From Polyangiaceae bacterium (GTDB lineage: Bacteria > Myxococcota_A > Polyangia > Polyangiales > Polyangiaceae), in contig CBDCTZ010000014.1 of assembly GCA_965222375.1 (NCBI GenBank), forward strand, positions 992,001 to 1,056,000: a DNA stretch of 64,000 bases, read 5' to 3'. Below the pieces are notes generated by a model. It had not been told where the DNA came from. It did no database searches and saw nothing but the letters and a program-made list of their open reading frames with translations. Position numbers and translations under genes: made by a program. This document shows positions 27,845 to 38,180 of the stretch, in pieces. Every line of letters begins with the position of its first letter. Position 1 is the first letter of the stretch.

Positions 27845-28717
27845 ATGAGCGAAGCGCACGTGGTGTTCCGCCACCGAACTCCCAGGGGCACTTATCTAGG
27901 TGGTGTCGAGGGGCGCGCCCTGCGACTTGGGCGCTTGCGCCACCTGCTGATCGAGCTGTCCCAGCATCGTCACGCACTCAGTGTGTTCACGATGAGTCGA
28001 TTTCGAGCGACCTACCGGGCCCAGGCGCTTGGACTACTCTGGCCTGTTGCGAACCCGACGATCTTGATGATCGTGATGACGGTGTTCTTCGGAGTCATCT
28101 TCCCGCCCGATGTCAAAGCCTATCCAGTTTTTCTGCTTCTTGGCCTCGTGCCCTGGCATTTTCTCTCCCACGCTTGGACGGACGGTACGACGTGCTTGTT
28201 GCAGCATGCGGCGGTCATCAAGAGGACCAGCGTGCCGGCCTACGTGGTCAGCATGGGTACGGTGTTTTCTCATACCTTCAATCTGGGCTTCGCTTCGCTG
28301 TCACTCCTACCGCTGATCGCGTTCTACCCCGAAGCGTTTCAGGTCTCGTTGGCCATGATCGCGTTGCCGGTGATGATCCTGCTTCTGGTCTGCTTGGGGC
28401 TCGGCCTGGCCTTGCTAACGGGGATCTTGAATGTGGTGTACCGGGACGTGGGCTACATCGTGAATTCAGTGCTGCTTGTCCTGTTCTGGGCCACGCCAAT
28501 CATCTATCCGCTGCAGAAGGTGCCCGAGGCCTACCAGAGCTGGATGCTGTTCAACCCCATGGCGTCGCTGATCCATTGCATTCGAGCCATCATCATGGAT
28601 GGTGCGTTCCCGCCGGCACAGGCTTTCTGGTCCGCTACGCTGGTTTGCGTCGGAATCTTGCTGCTCGGGTCGTTGATCTATCGACGTTTCTCGATGGTGG
28701 TGGCGGATCATGTCTGA
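27845..28717 (+). CDS. wzm: ABC-2 polysaccharide export permease
   Basis: YRAQALGLLW..NP, GLVPW.F, YRDV, FWATPIIYP, FNPM; coupled to the downstream ATPase. Confidence 0.9.
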   Translation: MSEAHVVFRHRTPRGTYLGGVEGRALRLGRLRHLLIELSQHRHALSVFTMSRFRATYRAQALGLLWPVANPTILMIVMTVFFGVIFPPDVKAYPVFLLLGLVPWHFLSHAWTDGTTCLLQHAAVIKRTSVPAYVVSMGTVFSHTFNLGFASLSLLPLIAFYPEAFQVSLAMIALPVMILLLVCLGLGLALLTGILNVVYRDVGYIVNSVLLVLFWATPIIYPLQKVPEAYQSWMLFNPMASLIHCIRAIIMDGAFPPAQAFWSATLVCVGILLLGSLIYRRFSMVVADHV

Positions 28718-29462
28718 GCCGGCGTTGCACGTCCGCTTTGACAAGGTCGGCAAGGCGTACCGTCGCAGGCACCTCAAGTCGTTCTTGCTCCACGACTTGT
28801 GGCCGGGTCGGTCGCTGGAAGCGGACGGGGTGGATGACTTCTGGGCGCTGCGGGACGTCAGCTTTGACGTGTCCGCCGGGGAGACGGTTGCCATCCTCGG
28901 CACCAACGGTAGCGGAAAGAGTACGACCCTCGCTTTGGCCGCCGGCGCCAGTCACCCGTCTGAAGGGCGGATCTCGATGCGTGGTCGCGTGGCTCCGGTT
29001 CTCGCGCTGGGCGTGGGCTTCGAGCCAGACATGACAGCGCCTGAGAATGCATACATCAACGCAAGCCTCTTGGGAGTCGGCAGGGAGGAAGCCGCGGAGC
29101 GAATTGACGAGATCTTGAGTTTTGCCGACCTCAGGGATTTCGTGAACGTGCCGGTTCGCAACTACTCCACGGGCATGGTGGCGCGCTTGGGCTTTGGTGT
29201 GGCCATGCACGTGGACGCCGATGTGCTGCTCGTGGATGAAGTGCTAGCCGTTGGCGACGGAGCATTTCAACACAAGTGCCTGACTCGGTTGCGGGAGCTG
29301 CAGGCCCAAGAAAAGACTTTGCTTTTTGTCACTCATGACTTGGACATGGCGGACAAAGTGTGTGACCGCTGCATCTGGGTCCGGCAGGGTAAGCTCGAAG
29401 CCGACGGTCCCCTCGCCGATGTGCTGCCCGACTACAAGGCGTTCCTGGACACCCTTGGCTGA
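28710..29462 (+). CDS. wzt: ABC polysaccharide export ATPase, no C-terminal carbohydrate-binding domain
   Basis: FWALRDVSF, GTNGSGKST, YSTGM.ARLGF, LLVDEVLAVGD, VTHD. Confidence 0.92.
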   Translation: MSEPALHVRFDKVGKAYRRRHLKSFLLHDLWPGRSLEADGVDDFWALRDVSFDVSAGETVAILGTNGSGKSTTLALAAGASHPSEGRISMRGRVAPVLALGVGFEPDMTAPENAYINASLLGVGREEAAERIDEILSFADLRDFVNVPVRNYSTGMVARLGFGVAMHVDADVLLVDEVLAVGDGAFQHKCLTRLRELQAQEKTLLFVTHDLDMADKVCDRCIWVRQGKLEADGPLADVLPDYKAFLDTLG

Positions 29463-29473
29463 CGCTGCTCAGC

Positions 29474-30757
29474 TCAAAGAGTGACTTCGACGGGGGTAGG
29501 CTCAGATGCCGAGATGGCCTTGCCCACTTGGCCGGAAGCGTTGTTGCCCCAACAATGGACGGATTCCGCTTGAGAGCTGCCCTGCGGCAGCGTGAGCGCG
29601 CAGGTGAAGGAAATCCCAGCAGCAATGTCGAACACAATGGTTCCCGCCGGGAGTTTGACCTCCGTGGGCGTGCTTACGGCGGTGGTATTGCCCGTGCCGA
29701 GTTGCCCCTTCGCGTTGCCGCCCCAACAGTAGGCCTTGCCAGTTTGCGTGGCGCAGGTGTGGTCGCTCCCCGCGGCGACCCGGGTCGGCTTGAAGTTCCC
29801 GCCACCCAAACTGACCTTTGTCGGGCTCGGCACCGTCGCCGTCGTATTGCCGTTGCCCACCTGCCCAGCGGAGTTCAGGCCCCAGCAGTACAAATCGCCG
29901 CCCTTAGCGATTGCACAGGTGTGTTTCGAGCGCGACGAGAGTTGGCTGACGTCTGAGCTGAGCGTGATGGGCTTGGGCGCGAATGAATCGGACTGAGTCC
30001 CAATCCCCAGCTGGCCGTCCTCGTTTTCTCCCCAGCACTGGGCCGTGCCCGTGGCGGGCGCGGTGCAGGTGTGAGCCGCGCCGGCTGCTACGCTGAACTG
30101 CCCGGTTTGAATGGTCTTCTTGGGCGCCGGCACATTGCTTGGCAATCCAGTTGTTGATGACTGGAAGCTGGTGTTGCTGCCCCAGCACACCACGTCCGAG
30201 TCTACGACCACGCAGGTGTGTGCGGCGCCCGCCGCTGCCGCTTTGACCACGTCGGTTCCACCAATGGTGATGCTCGTCGGAGTGCCCCGACTCTCGAGCT
30301 TGCCGATGCCGAGCTCACCTTGACTGCCTTTGCCCCAGCACCAATCCCCAGAGGGTCCAAAAGCGCAGGTGTGGAAGTTCCCCGCGACCACGATGCTGGC
30401 GTTGCTGACACCCTCGACACGCGTGGGCTTGATCACACCATCCGCGGGGCCGCCGGTGCCGAGCTGACCGTTGCTATTTGAACCCCAACAGAACACTCGA
30501 TCCGTGGAGTCCACGATGCACACGTGGCTGCCGCCTGCCGCAATTCGTCGCAAAGGCGCTTTGGCCGAGACACCGGGAATGCCGCCAGAGCCGCCGCCCG
30601 CGCCTGCAACCGCGCCCGCGCCCGCGCTCCCCGCCGCACCCCCGGCTCCGCCCTGAGCTGGGCCAACCAAGTCGTCCAGGGTGTTCGTGAACGTGCACCC
30701 GCCGATGCCCGTCACCGTCACGACGCTGCTGAGGAAGATAGCGGTTCGTCTATGCAT
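29474..30757 (-). CDS. RCC1-repeat lipoprotein
   Basis: Seven AG..HTC...CWG.N..GQLG-type repeats, signal peptide ending GGC, Gly-rich linker. Confidence 0.9.
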   Translation of the reverse strand: MHRRTAIFLSSVVTVTGIGGCTFTNTLDDLVGPAQGGAGGAAGSAGAGAVAGAGGGSGGIPGVSAKAPLRRIAAGGSHVCIVDSTDRVFCWGSNSNGQLGTGGPADGVIKPTRVEGVSNASIVVAGNFHTCAFGPSGDWCWGKGSQGELGIGKLESRGTPTSITIGGTDVVKAAAAGAAHTCVVVDSDVVCWGSNTSFQSSTTGLPSNVPAPKKTIQTGQFSVAAGAAHTCTAPATGTAQCWGENEDGQLGIGTQSDSFAPKPITLSSDVSQLSSRSKHTCAIAKGGDLYCWGLNSAGQVGNGNTTATVPSPTKVSLGGGNFKPTRVAAGSDHTCATQTGKAYCWGGNAKGQLGTGNTTAVSTPTEVKLPAGTIVFDIAAGISFTCALTLPQGSSQAESVHCWGNNASGQVGKAISASEPTPVEVTL

Positions 30758-30921
30758 GAAAGACCCAAGAAAAGCCCCGGATTCAACATTTGGGCAACAC
30801 CCAGATCTATAGCAGGCCGGGCGAAATTGGGACACGTTCGAAAGCTATTTTTGCTTTGCGCCGCGGCCGCCCCCACCTGCTTTGTCGCCTGCGCCTGCAG
30901 CCCTGGCTATGGTCGCTTCCC

Positions 30922-31185
30922 ATGACGCCGGAAACTCGAGCCCGATACTGGCGCAAAAACCTATCCTACCTCGCCCTACTTCTCGGTGTTTGGTTTCTGG
31001 TGTCCTACGGCTTCGGGATCCTGCTGGTCGATCAATTGGATCGCATTCGAATTGGAGGTTTTGGACTTGGGTTCTGGTTTGCGCAGCAGGGAAGCATCTA
31101 TGTCTTCGTGATCTTGGTCTTTGTCTATGTGCGGCTGATGAACCGCCTGGATCGTCAGTTCGGCGTGCAGGAGAATGACGAGTGA
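30922..31185 (+). CDS. DUF4212 small membrane partner of a sodium:solute symporter
   Basis: YWRKNL, WFLVSYG, GFWFAQQGSI, MNRLD; GTGA-coupled to the symporter. Confidence 0.9.
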   Translation: MTPETRARYWRKNLSYLALLLGVWFLVSYGFGILLVDQLDRIRIGGFGLGFWFAQQGSIYVFVILVFVYVRLMNRLDRQFGVQENDE

Positions 31186-32852
31186 GCGTTCAGGGTTGGA
31201 CCTTCGCCCTAGTGGGCCTTTCCTTTGCCCTGTACATCGGCATTGCGATCTGGTCTCGCGCGGGATCCACCGGGGAGTTCTACGTTGCCGGTGGGCGCGT
31301 GCACCCGACGCTCAATGGCATGGCGACCGCGGCTGACTGGATGAGTGCCGCTTCCTTCATCAGCATGGCGGGCCTGATTTCGTTCATGGGCCGAGACGGT
31401 TCCGTATATCTGATGGGCTGGACGGGGGGCTATGTGCTCTTGGCGTTGTTGTTGGCCCCCTACCTCCGCAAGTTCGGCAAGTTCACGGTGCCGGATTTCA
31501 TCGGGGACCGCTATGAGAGTCAGGCCGCGCGCCTGGTCGCCGTAGTGTGCGCGATCTTCGTTTCTTTCACCTACGTGGCTGGGCAAATGCGCGGCGTTGG
31601 GATCGTCTTTTCGCGATTTTTGGACGTTGGCGTGAACACGGGCGTGCTGATTGGCATGGGTATCGTGTTCTTCTACGCCGTCCTAGGCGGCATGAAGGGC
31701 ATCACCTACACCCAGGTCGCTCAATACTGCGTGCTCATGTTCGCCTACCTGGTGCCGGCAATCTTCATCTCGATCATGGTCACAGGCCACGTCGTGCCTC
31801 AGCTTGGCTTTGGGTCGACGCTGTCGGACGGCTCTGGAATCCATCTTCTCGAGCGGGTTGACCAGTTGAGCACGGACCTGGGTTTTGCGGCGTACACGGG
31901 CGGCCAGAAGGCGCGCCTGGATGTGTTCTGCATCACCTTTGCCTTGATGGTGGGCACCGCCGGGCTGCCCCACGTCATCGTCCGTTTCTACACCGTGCCG
32001 AAGGTGAGCGCAGCGCGCAGTTCCGCGGGCTGGGCCTTGGTGTTCATCGCCATGCTCTACACCACCGCACCGGCGGTGGCTGCCTTCGCCCGCGCGAATC
32101 TGCTGAGCACCATTGCCGGCAAACCCTACGCGAACGCGCCGGCGTGGTTCAAGAATTGGGAAGCGACTGGGCTGATCACCTTTACGGACAAGAACCAGGA
32201 CGGGCTGATCCAATACGTTGGAGACCCCAAGCTGAACGAGCTCGTTATCGATCGCGACATCATGGTATTGGCGAATCCGGAGATCGCCAACCTACCTGCC
32301 TGGGTCATTGGCTTGGTTGCTGCTGGCGCCCTCGCTGCTGCCCTGTCCACGGCGGCGGGGCTCCTCTTGGTCATCTCCACGTCCATCGCCCACGATCTGG
32401 TGCGCCGCGGCCTGAAGTGGGACATGACGGAGCGCGGTGAGCTCAGCGTGGCCCGCATCGCGGCGGGAGCGGCCGTGGTCGTTGCGGGCTACTTTGGCAT
32501 CAACCCTCCCGGCTTCGTGGCCCAGGTCGTCGCGTTTGCTTTCGGCTTGGCGGCGTCGTCGTTCTTCCCCGCTATCGTGATGGGCATTTTCTCCAAACGG
32601 GTCAACGGGCGCGGCGCTATCGCTGGAATGCTCTCGGGGCTCATCTTCACCGCCGGGTACATCATCTTCTTCAAGTTCATTCGCCCGGATCTGAACTCTG
32701 CCCAGCATTGGCTGATGGGGATCAGTCCGGAGGGAATTGGCGCGCTGGGCATGTTGATCAACTTCGTGGTTGCGGTCCCTGTGTCGGCCGCTTCCGAGCC
32801 GCCGTCCCAAGCGGTGCGCGAGCTGGTCGAGAAGATCCGCGTGCCGCGCTGA
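31182..32852 (+). CDS. Sodium:solute symporter, ActP-like
   Basis: NGMATAADWMSAASFIS, FTVPDFIGDRY, GGMKGITYTQVAQY, GTAGLPHVIVRF, AAALSTAAGLL. Confidence 0.95.
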   Translation: MSVQGWTFALVGLSFALYIGIAIWSRAGSTGEFYVAGGRVHPTLNGMATAADWMSAASFISMAGLISFMGRDGSVYLMGWTGGYVLLALLLAPYLRKFGKFTVPDFIGDRYESQAARLVAVVCAIFVSFTYVAGQMRGVGIVFSRFLDVGVNTGVLIGMGIVFFYAVLGGMKGITYTQVAQYCVLMFAYLVPAIFISIMVTGHVVPQLGFGSTLSDGSGIHLLERVDQLSTDLGFAAYTGGQKARLDVFCITFALMVGTAGLPHVIVRFYTVPKVSAARSSAGWALVFIAMLYTTAPAVAAFARANLLSTIAGKPYANAPAWFKNWEATGLITFTDKNQDGLIQYVGDPKLNELVIDRDIMVLANPEIANLPAWVIGLVAAGALAAALSTAAGLLLVISTSIAHDLVRRGLKWDMTERGELSVARIAAGAAVVVAGYFGINPPGFVAQVVAFAFGLAASSFFPAIVMGIFSKRVNGRGAIAGMLSGLIFTAGYIIFFKFIRPDLNSAQHWLMGISPEGIGALGMLINFVVAVPVSAASEPPSQAVRELVEKIRVPR

Positions 32853-32976
32853 GCGCGGTCGCACCCACCCGACCAGCGGTCTGCTGAGACAGACCGGGGA
32901 ACCAATCGTGGTCCCACTACCGCGGCCATTTTGGGGGTAGGCGCGTCCGGCATGCGGTGTGCTCTAGCCAAGGCGT

Positions 32977-34356
32977 ATGCGACGTGTGTCTCTATTGGGT
33001 GCGACTCTGCTCCTGGCCTGCGGTGCTCCAGATACGGACTTGGAGTTCGGCCCCCTCCCGGGGCAAGCAGGAGGCGGAAACGCCGGCGGGGGTGGCTCCG
33101 TATCCGGAGGAGCTGGAGGGCTCGGAACCGCGGGCGTCGCGGGACAGGGCGCTGGCGGAGCCGCGACGGGTGGTGGCGCGAACGCGCCCGGGAGCGCTGG
33201 CGCCACCGGGGGCACCTGCGACTCCGGGTGCGAGCAGCCGCCCGCCGCCCACTGTGCAGACTCGACCACGTTGCGCAGCTACGACGGTCCGGGAAAGTGC
33301 ATTCAGGGTTCTTGTGTCTATCCCTTCAGCGACAGCGCGTGCTCCGTGAGCTGCGCGGGCGGAGTATGTACCGGCTGCAGCGCCGAGGTGATGACCGTGG
33401 ACGCCCCCGGCGACGTCGGCACTAGCCCGGCCATCGCCGCTGCGGCCGACGGCACCCTGTTCATCGCCTATCGGGATTCCTCCAAAAACGACTTGAAGCT
33501 CGCGCGCCGCAGCCCTGGTGCAGACTGGCAGACGGAAGTGCTCGACAAAAAGGGCGGCAGTGAAACTTCGATTCAGGCGCTTGGGGACGCGATTTCGATC
33601 TACTTCAAGGCCTCCGCCGCAAAGAAGCTCGCCGTCAAACCTGCGGGTGGCGCGTTTTCGGTCACGAGCAACCACGGTTACTACCACCCGGCCGCGCACG
33701 TTGTGCATTCCGGAGGAGCGGAGCTGTTCGCTGTCTCCTCGAGCTCTCTCAGGCACTCCACGGTGTCGCCATCCTGGAAGGTGGTGTCCACCAAGTCCGT
33801 GTACTCTACAGGATGCAGCATCAAGACCGGGGAGATAGCGGCGGTGCGCGACAGCCAGGGCGGGCTGCATGCCGTCGCTCGCTGCGGTTACGCCAAGGGG
33901 CCGCTGTATGCCTACCGCCCCGCAAGCGGTAGTTGGAAGAGTCACAAGGTGGATTCGAGCGGCGGCGACTACGTATCCTTGGCCATAGACGCGAGCGATA
34001 CGGTGTTCCTTGCGTATCGGCGAGACGTCGGCGACAAGCTGATGGTTGCGACTAAGTCGGCGTCGACAGGCTGGAGCTCGAAGTTCGATCTGAACAAGGT
34101 CGACGCAGGCGGAAAGCACGTCTCCCTAGCCGTTGATGGGCACGGCGCTCTGCACGCCCTCTACGTGAAGTATTCGGGGCAACTGAGTCACGCGGTCAAG
34201 AAGCCCTCAGAGCACAGCTGGTCGGTGCAGCCCGAGTTGGATCTACTAGAAGGCGGAGGGGAAATCTCGACGACCACCGACTCCGCGGGCGTCGTGCATG
34301 TCGCCTATCACAACGCCCAGGGCCAGGATTTGAAGTACGCACGCGTGTGTCCCTGA
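32977..34356 (+). CDS. Lipoprotein with Gly-rich linker, Cys-rich module and propeller-like repeats
   Basis: LLAC lipobox; repeats of SLAID..G..H..Y...LKYA. Confidence 0.75.
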   Translation: MRRVSLLGATLLLACGAPDTDLEFGPLPGQAGGGNAGGGGSVSGGAGGLGTAGVAGQGAGGAATGGGANAPGSAGATGGTCDSGCEQPPAAHCADSTTLRSYDGPGKCIQGSCVYPFSDSACSVSCAGGVCTGCSAEVMTVDAPGDVGTSPAIAAAADGTLFIAYRDSSKNDLKLARRSPGADWQTEVLDKKGGSETSIQALGDAISIYFKASAAKKLAVKPAGGAFSVTSNHGYYHPAAHVVHSGGAELFAVSSSSLRHSTVSPSWKVVSTKSVYSTGCSIKTGEIAAVRDSQGGLHAVARCGYAKGPLYAYRPASGSWKSHKVDSSGGDYVSLAIDASDTVFLAYRRDVGDKLMVATKSASTGWSSKFDLNKVDAGGKHVSLAVDGHGALHALYVKYSGQLSHAVKKPSEHSWSVQPELDLLEGGGEISTTTDSAGVVHVAYHNAQGQDLKYARVCP

Positions 34357-34420
34357 GGTTGCGGATCCCCTTGCGTCCCCGAAGGGTCGAATTGCGCCGT
34401 CGTGGTGCTATGTCTCTTCC

Positions 34421-35233
34421 ATGCGCGCCGCGGTCTTTCTTTGCCTGACGCTGATTTCATGCTCCGGCTCCGCGGAACGGCCGGATCAGATCGGCGGCGG
34501 TGGCAGCGGCGCCTTCGGTGCGACCTCCGGTGGCGGGGTCGGTGGCGCTGGGGCTGGCGGCGCTGGAGGGCAGGCCGGCGCTGGAGGGCAAGCAGGTGCG
34601 GCGGGGCAACCCAATCGCGAAGAGGTTCGCGCTTGGGTGAAGGAAGTGACCCTCGGGCCGGAGTTCGGCGGAAGCGGCAAAGTCTGCTCACGTTGGGTCC
34701 TTTCGCCAACCCTGAGCGTGATGCAGGGGGACGCCGCCGTCCGCAAAGACCTTCTGGATCTGATCCCCAAGTTGAATGGCCTGCTGTCTGCCAGCGGCAT
34801 GCAGTTGAACCTCGGTGCGGACGCGGACGATAGCGCCGATATCAAGGTCTACTACGCGCCGGTGGCAGACTTCGATTCCATTGCAACTGCTAACGGATTC
34901 CCCTACGTGCAAGGCAACCTTGGGTACTTCTATACGTTCTGGAACGGCGATAACGAGATCAACCGTGGCTACGTGCTGTTGGCCAGCGACAAGCTCAGCG
35001 GTGACAAGTTGCGACACTACACCTTCGAAGAGGTCACGCAGGTGCTAGGCCTTTCCAACGACTCGCCGCGCTTTTCAAACAGCATATTCTTTGCTGCGGG
35101 TTCCCTCGGCGGAAGTGCGACGGAGCTCTCCAGCTTGGACGAACAGCTAGTGAGCTTTTTCTACAACCATGTGCAACCAGGCTACCTAGAGGCCGACCTG
35201 GACACGGCCTTCGACGCGTACTTTCCCAACTGA
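34421..35233 (+). CDS. DUF2927-like lipoprotein
   Basis: LISC lipobox; EEVTQVLGLSNDS...SIF motif. Confidence 0.7.
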   Translation: MRAAVFLCLTLISCSGSAERPDQIGGGGSGAFGATSGGGVGGAGAGGAGGQAGAGGQAGAAGQPNREEVRAWVKEVTLGPEFGGSGKVCSRWVLSPTLSVMQGDAAVRKDLLDLIPKLNGLLSASGMQLNLGADADDSADIKVYYAPVADFDSIATANGFPYVQGNLGYFYTFWNGDNEINRGYVLLASDKLSGDKLRHYTFEEVTQVLGLSNDSPRFSNSIFFAAGSLGGSATELSSLDEQLVSFFYNHVQPGYLEADLDTAFDAYFPN

Positions 35234-35420
35234 CGTAATACGTCCGGCGTACGCGGCGGCCTAGGGCGGGAGTAATGGCCCTGGGCGCAGCAGTGCTCGA
35301 CCTCCAACCCCACAAACGAACCCCAGTCCGTTTGAAGCGCGTTTTTCGTCTGCGCGTGGATTCCTTCGCGACTCGGACCGTGTCGTGCGAGGAGGCGCGA
35401 CACGGCGGCCCTGGCAAGGT

Positions 35421-37874
35421 TTACTTGATGCTGAGCGCGGTGGCCCAGAGCTGGTAGCCGGTGTCACCCTTCACCATGTAGAAGGCGGTGGCGCCCTCCT
35501 CGGTGCGGGCGATGACGCCTTGGCCAGCCTGCTTGCCGGACGGCGACAGGCTCATCGGATCGCCGATGGGATTCATGTCAGCGTCGTAAGTCTGCGCGCG
35601 GACCGTGCGTGACCCCGAGGGCCCCTCGGTCCATTGCACGAGCCAACGCTTGCCAGGGAGGCTCACGGCCGTAGGTGAGATGGCTTCCTTGCCGGGACCG
35701 CCGGAAGGAATGTCGAGCTCCCGCGACGTCTTCGGTACTTCGCCGTTGGAGGCTCTGGCGAAGCGCATCGCCCAGGGTGAGGTCGCGTCGCTCCGCGCAG
35801 CAAAGGTCACCAGGATGTCCGTCTCGCTCGCCGCGATGGTGGGCGTTCCGATGTGAGGGCCGCCGCTGTCCACGGTGCCCAGGGCGCTCTTCTTGCTGCC
35901 ATCTGGGTTCAGCCAGCCGACGGCGATGTCACCGGTGCGGCCGCCCTTGCGGAAGGTGACCGCGTGCCCCGTGCCCTCGACGCTCGCGACACGCGGCGTG
36001 GTGATGTTCGTGGGCGCGAAGGACCAGATAACCTTCGGTGCGTCGGTTCCGACGGTGTAGGCGAACCCCTTGGGGCCCATGCCGATGACGAAGCGCTCCT
36101 TGGCTGCGACCGTGTGCGCCCTCTTGAGGGTGCCGGCCGAGTCGACAATGAAGGAGGGTTTGTCGCCCTCGAACACCGGAACGACACTCGTGATGGCGGA
36201 CGTGCTGGCGCGGGTCATGACCTCGGTGCTGGCCAAGCTGGTCGCGCTGACGCTTATGCCAACGGCGTTCGTCTTCTTGGAGGCAAATCCAATTGCTACC
36301 TTCTCACCCGAGACGGCGACGTAGGGCGGAACCCCGAGGTAGGCCGAGCCGGAGATCTCCTTGCCCTGCTTCGTGACCTTGCAGGCGACGGTGCTGAGGT
36401 CTGGAGCGGCAGGTGCCGCGGATTCCGTGGGCGGCGCAGCTGCGGTCTTGGAGGCTTCCTCTGCTGTGGTGTCCCAAGGCTTGAAGTAGGCCAAGCCTGC
36501 GGCCAAAGTGGCACCGCCAAGGATGACGACCATGCCGATGCCACCAAGTAGGAGTCCCATAGAGGACTTCTTCGGGGGCGTGATCGACTCGTAGCTCTGG
36601 CGGGCAGCCGCTGGAGGAGGCGGCGTGGGTGCGGGCAGTCCGGTCGCGGGTTCAGCGATCTGCGCGTCGACCTCTTCGCTCCAGGAGGGGAGGGGAGCGG
36701 GCTGGTTCGCGTTCAGGGGCGACTCCTTGACGATGGTCGGTGCCTCGTTCTCGGGATCCGAGACCGGCACGATGGCATCTCGCAGCTGCGTGGATGCTTC
36801 CCGCTCGGTGATTTTCGGCGCTGCAGTCGCGACCGCGGGGGCTACCGGTTCGGGGGAAGCGCCGGCTGGCGGCGCTGCGGGCATGCCCAACGCGGTGGAC
36901 TTGCCAATGGGCGCGGGCGCCTTTTCGGCTTTGGCTGCAGGGGTAGCTGCGGCAGCGGTCCCCGCTTGGGGCGCTGCGGGCATTCCGAGCATGGTGGACT
37001 TCAGCCCAGAGGGCTTGGCGGCTCGGGCCTTGGCAGGAATGGACGCTTCGAGATCCGAAAGCGTCGCCTTCTTTTCCTCGACGAACTCGATCTCTCCGGC
37101 ATCGATATCACCCGTGGGAGGGTCGTTCTTCGGGCTCGATTTCGCAGGCATGATCGGTGCGGGGTCGGGCTTGTGGGCGGCCCGGGGCGCAGCGACCTCC
37201 TTCCAGTTCGCGGAAGGCGGAGCTTCTGCGTCGGCTTCGACCTCGACGTCGATCTCATCGACAGGCACGTCGATCGTCTCGGGCTTGTCGTTCTTGGCAG
37301 TCGACTTGGCTGGAATGATCGGTGCTGCTTTGGCCCGGTTGGGAGCGGGCGGCGCGCTGCTCTTCGGCTGAGGAGGTGGAACGATCTTTACCGGCTCGAG
37401 TTCATCAGCGCCTAACTCGGCTTCTACCAGGAGCTGGGTAACTGGCTTGTCGTTCGCCGGCGTGGAGGCTACCGGGATGATGGGGGCCAGATGGCCGTTG
37501 CCCTTGGGGATGGGCGGGGGATGAGTCGCGTCCGGACTCATCTTCGGCGCTGCCGGTGAGAGCCTTGCCGCAGGTGAAATTGAAGGACCTAGCTCCTTCA
37601 CTTCCGCGGCGCGCAGCCATTCGCCCCAACCCGCCTTCCACACCAAGGCGGTGGTCGGAATTTCGCCTTTGCGCAAGCTGTTCTCCAGCTCCCGTCGGTC
37701 CACAGTCTTCAGGGCACCGTCATTGGTCGCCCAAAACCAGAATTCACCTGCGTCGTCTGCCACGACTCCCTCTCTCTCGTCCGGCGCCGGCCAATTAGCA
37801 TCCATCGCTCTCGATCGCGATGAGCCCGGGCTGCTTGGGAAATTTGGTGTCTCGGTAAAGGGATTTGACTGCAT
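35421..37874 (-). CDS. GYF_2 (DUF4339) domain, Pro/Ala-rich linker, single-TM protein
   Basis: GEIPTTALVWKAGWGEW..A.EV, long low-complexity linker, one TM, periplasmic domain. Alternative start at 37805. Confidence 0.8.
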   Translation of the reverse strand: MQSNPFTETPNFPSSPGSSRSRAMDANWPAPDEREGVVADDAGEFWFWATNDGALKTVDRRELENSLRKGEIPTTALVWKAGWGEWLRAAEVKELGPSISPAARLSPAAPKMSPDATHPPPIPKGNGHLAPIIPVASTPANDKPVTQLLVEAELGADELEPVKIVPPPQPKSSAPPAPNRAKAAPIIPAKSTAKNDKPETIDVPVDEIDVEVEADAEAPPSANWKEVAAPRAAHKPDPAPIMPAKSSPKNDPPTGDIDAGEIEFVEEKKATLSDLEASIPAKARAAKPSGLKSTMLGMPAAPQAGTAAAATPAAKAEKAPAPIGKSTALGMPAAPPAGASPEPVAPAVATAAPKITEREASTQLRDAIVPVSDPENEAPTIVKESPLNANQPAPLPSWSEEVDAQIAEPATGLPAPTPPPPAAARQSYESITPPKKSSMGLLLGGIGMVVILGGATLAAGLAYFKPWDTTAEEASKTAAAPPTESAAPAAPDLSTVACKVTKQGKEISGSAYLGVPPYVAVSGEKVAIGFASKKTNAVGISVSATSLASTEVMTRASTSAITSVVPVFEGDKPSFIVDSAGTLKRAHTVAAKERFVIGMGPKGFAYTVGTDAPKVIWSFAPTNITTPRVASVEGTGHAVTFRKGGRTGDIAVGWLNPDGSKKSALGTVDSGGPHIGTPTIAASETDILVTFAARSDATSPWAMRFARASNGEVPKTSRELDIPSGGPGKEAISPTAVSLPGKRWLVQWTEGPSGSRTVRAQTYDADMNPIGDPMSLSPSGKQAGQGVIARTEEGATAFYMVKGDTGYQLWATALSIK

Positions 37875-38180
37875 AAAGGTGCCTCCGCCGGCCTGGTACG
37901 CCCAATGGCGTACCTACCTTCCCCCACCTTGGCCGACTTCGTCGCCATGCGCCGTTACAACTCCGCTTACAATTTCCGGCCCGTGGGCCGGGATCACTGG
38001 CTTGATGCCCCGCGCGCCGCACCACGTCGCCCGCGACCACGCGGATTGCGGGGCCGTTCTTTGGTCTTGGCTGATGTGACAGGCCGCTACGTCTTCGCCC
38101 CGTGCTCGACCAAGACCGCGCAGGCAGGTGGATGCTCGATGCACTTTGCGAAGTTGTAGAGGTCTGGATATTGTTGCCTC

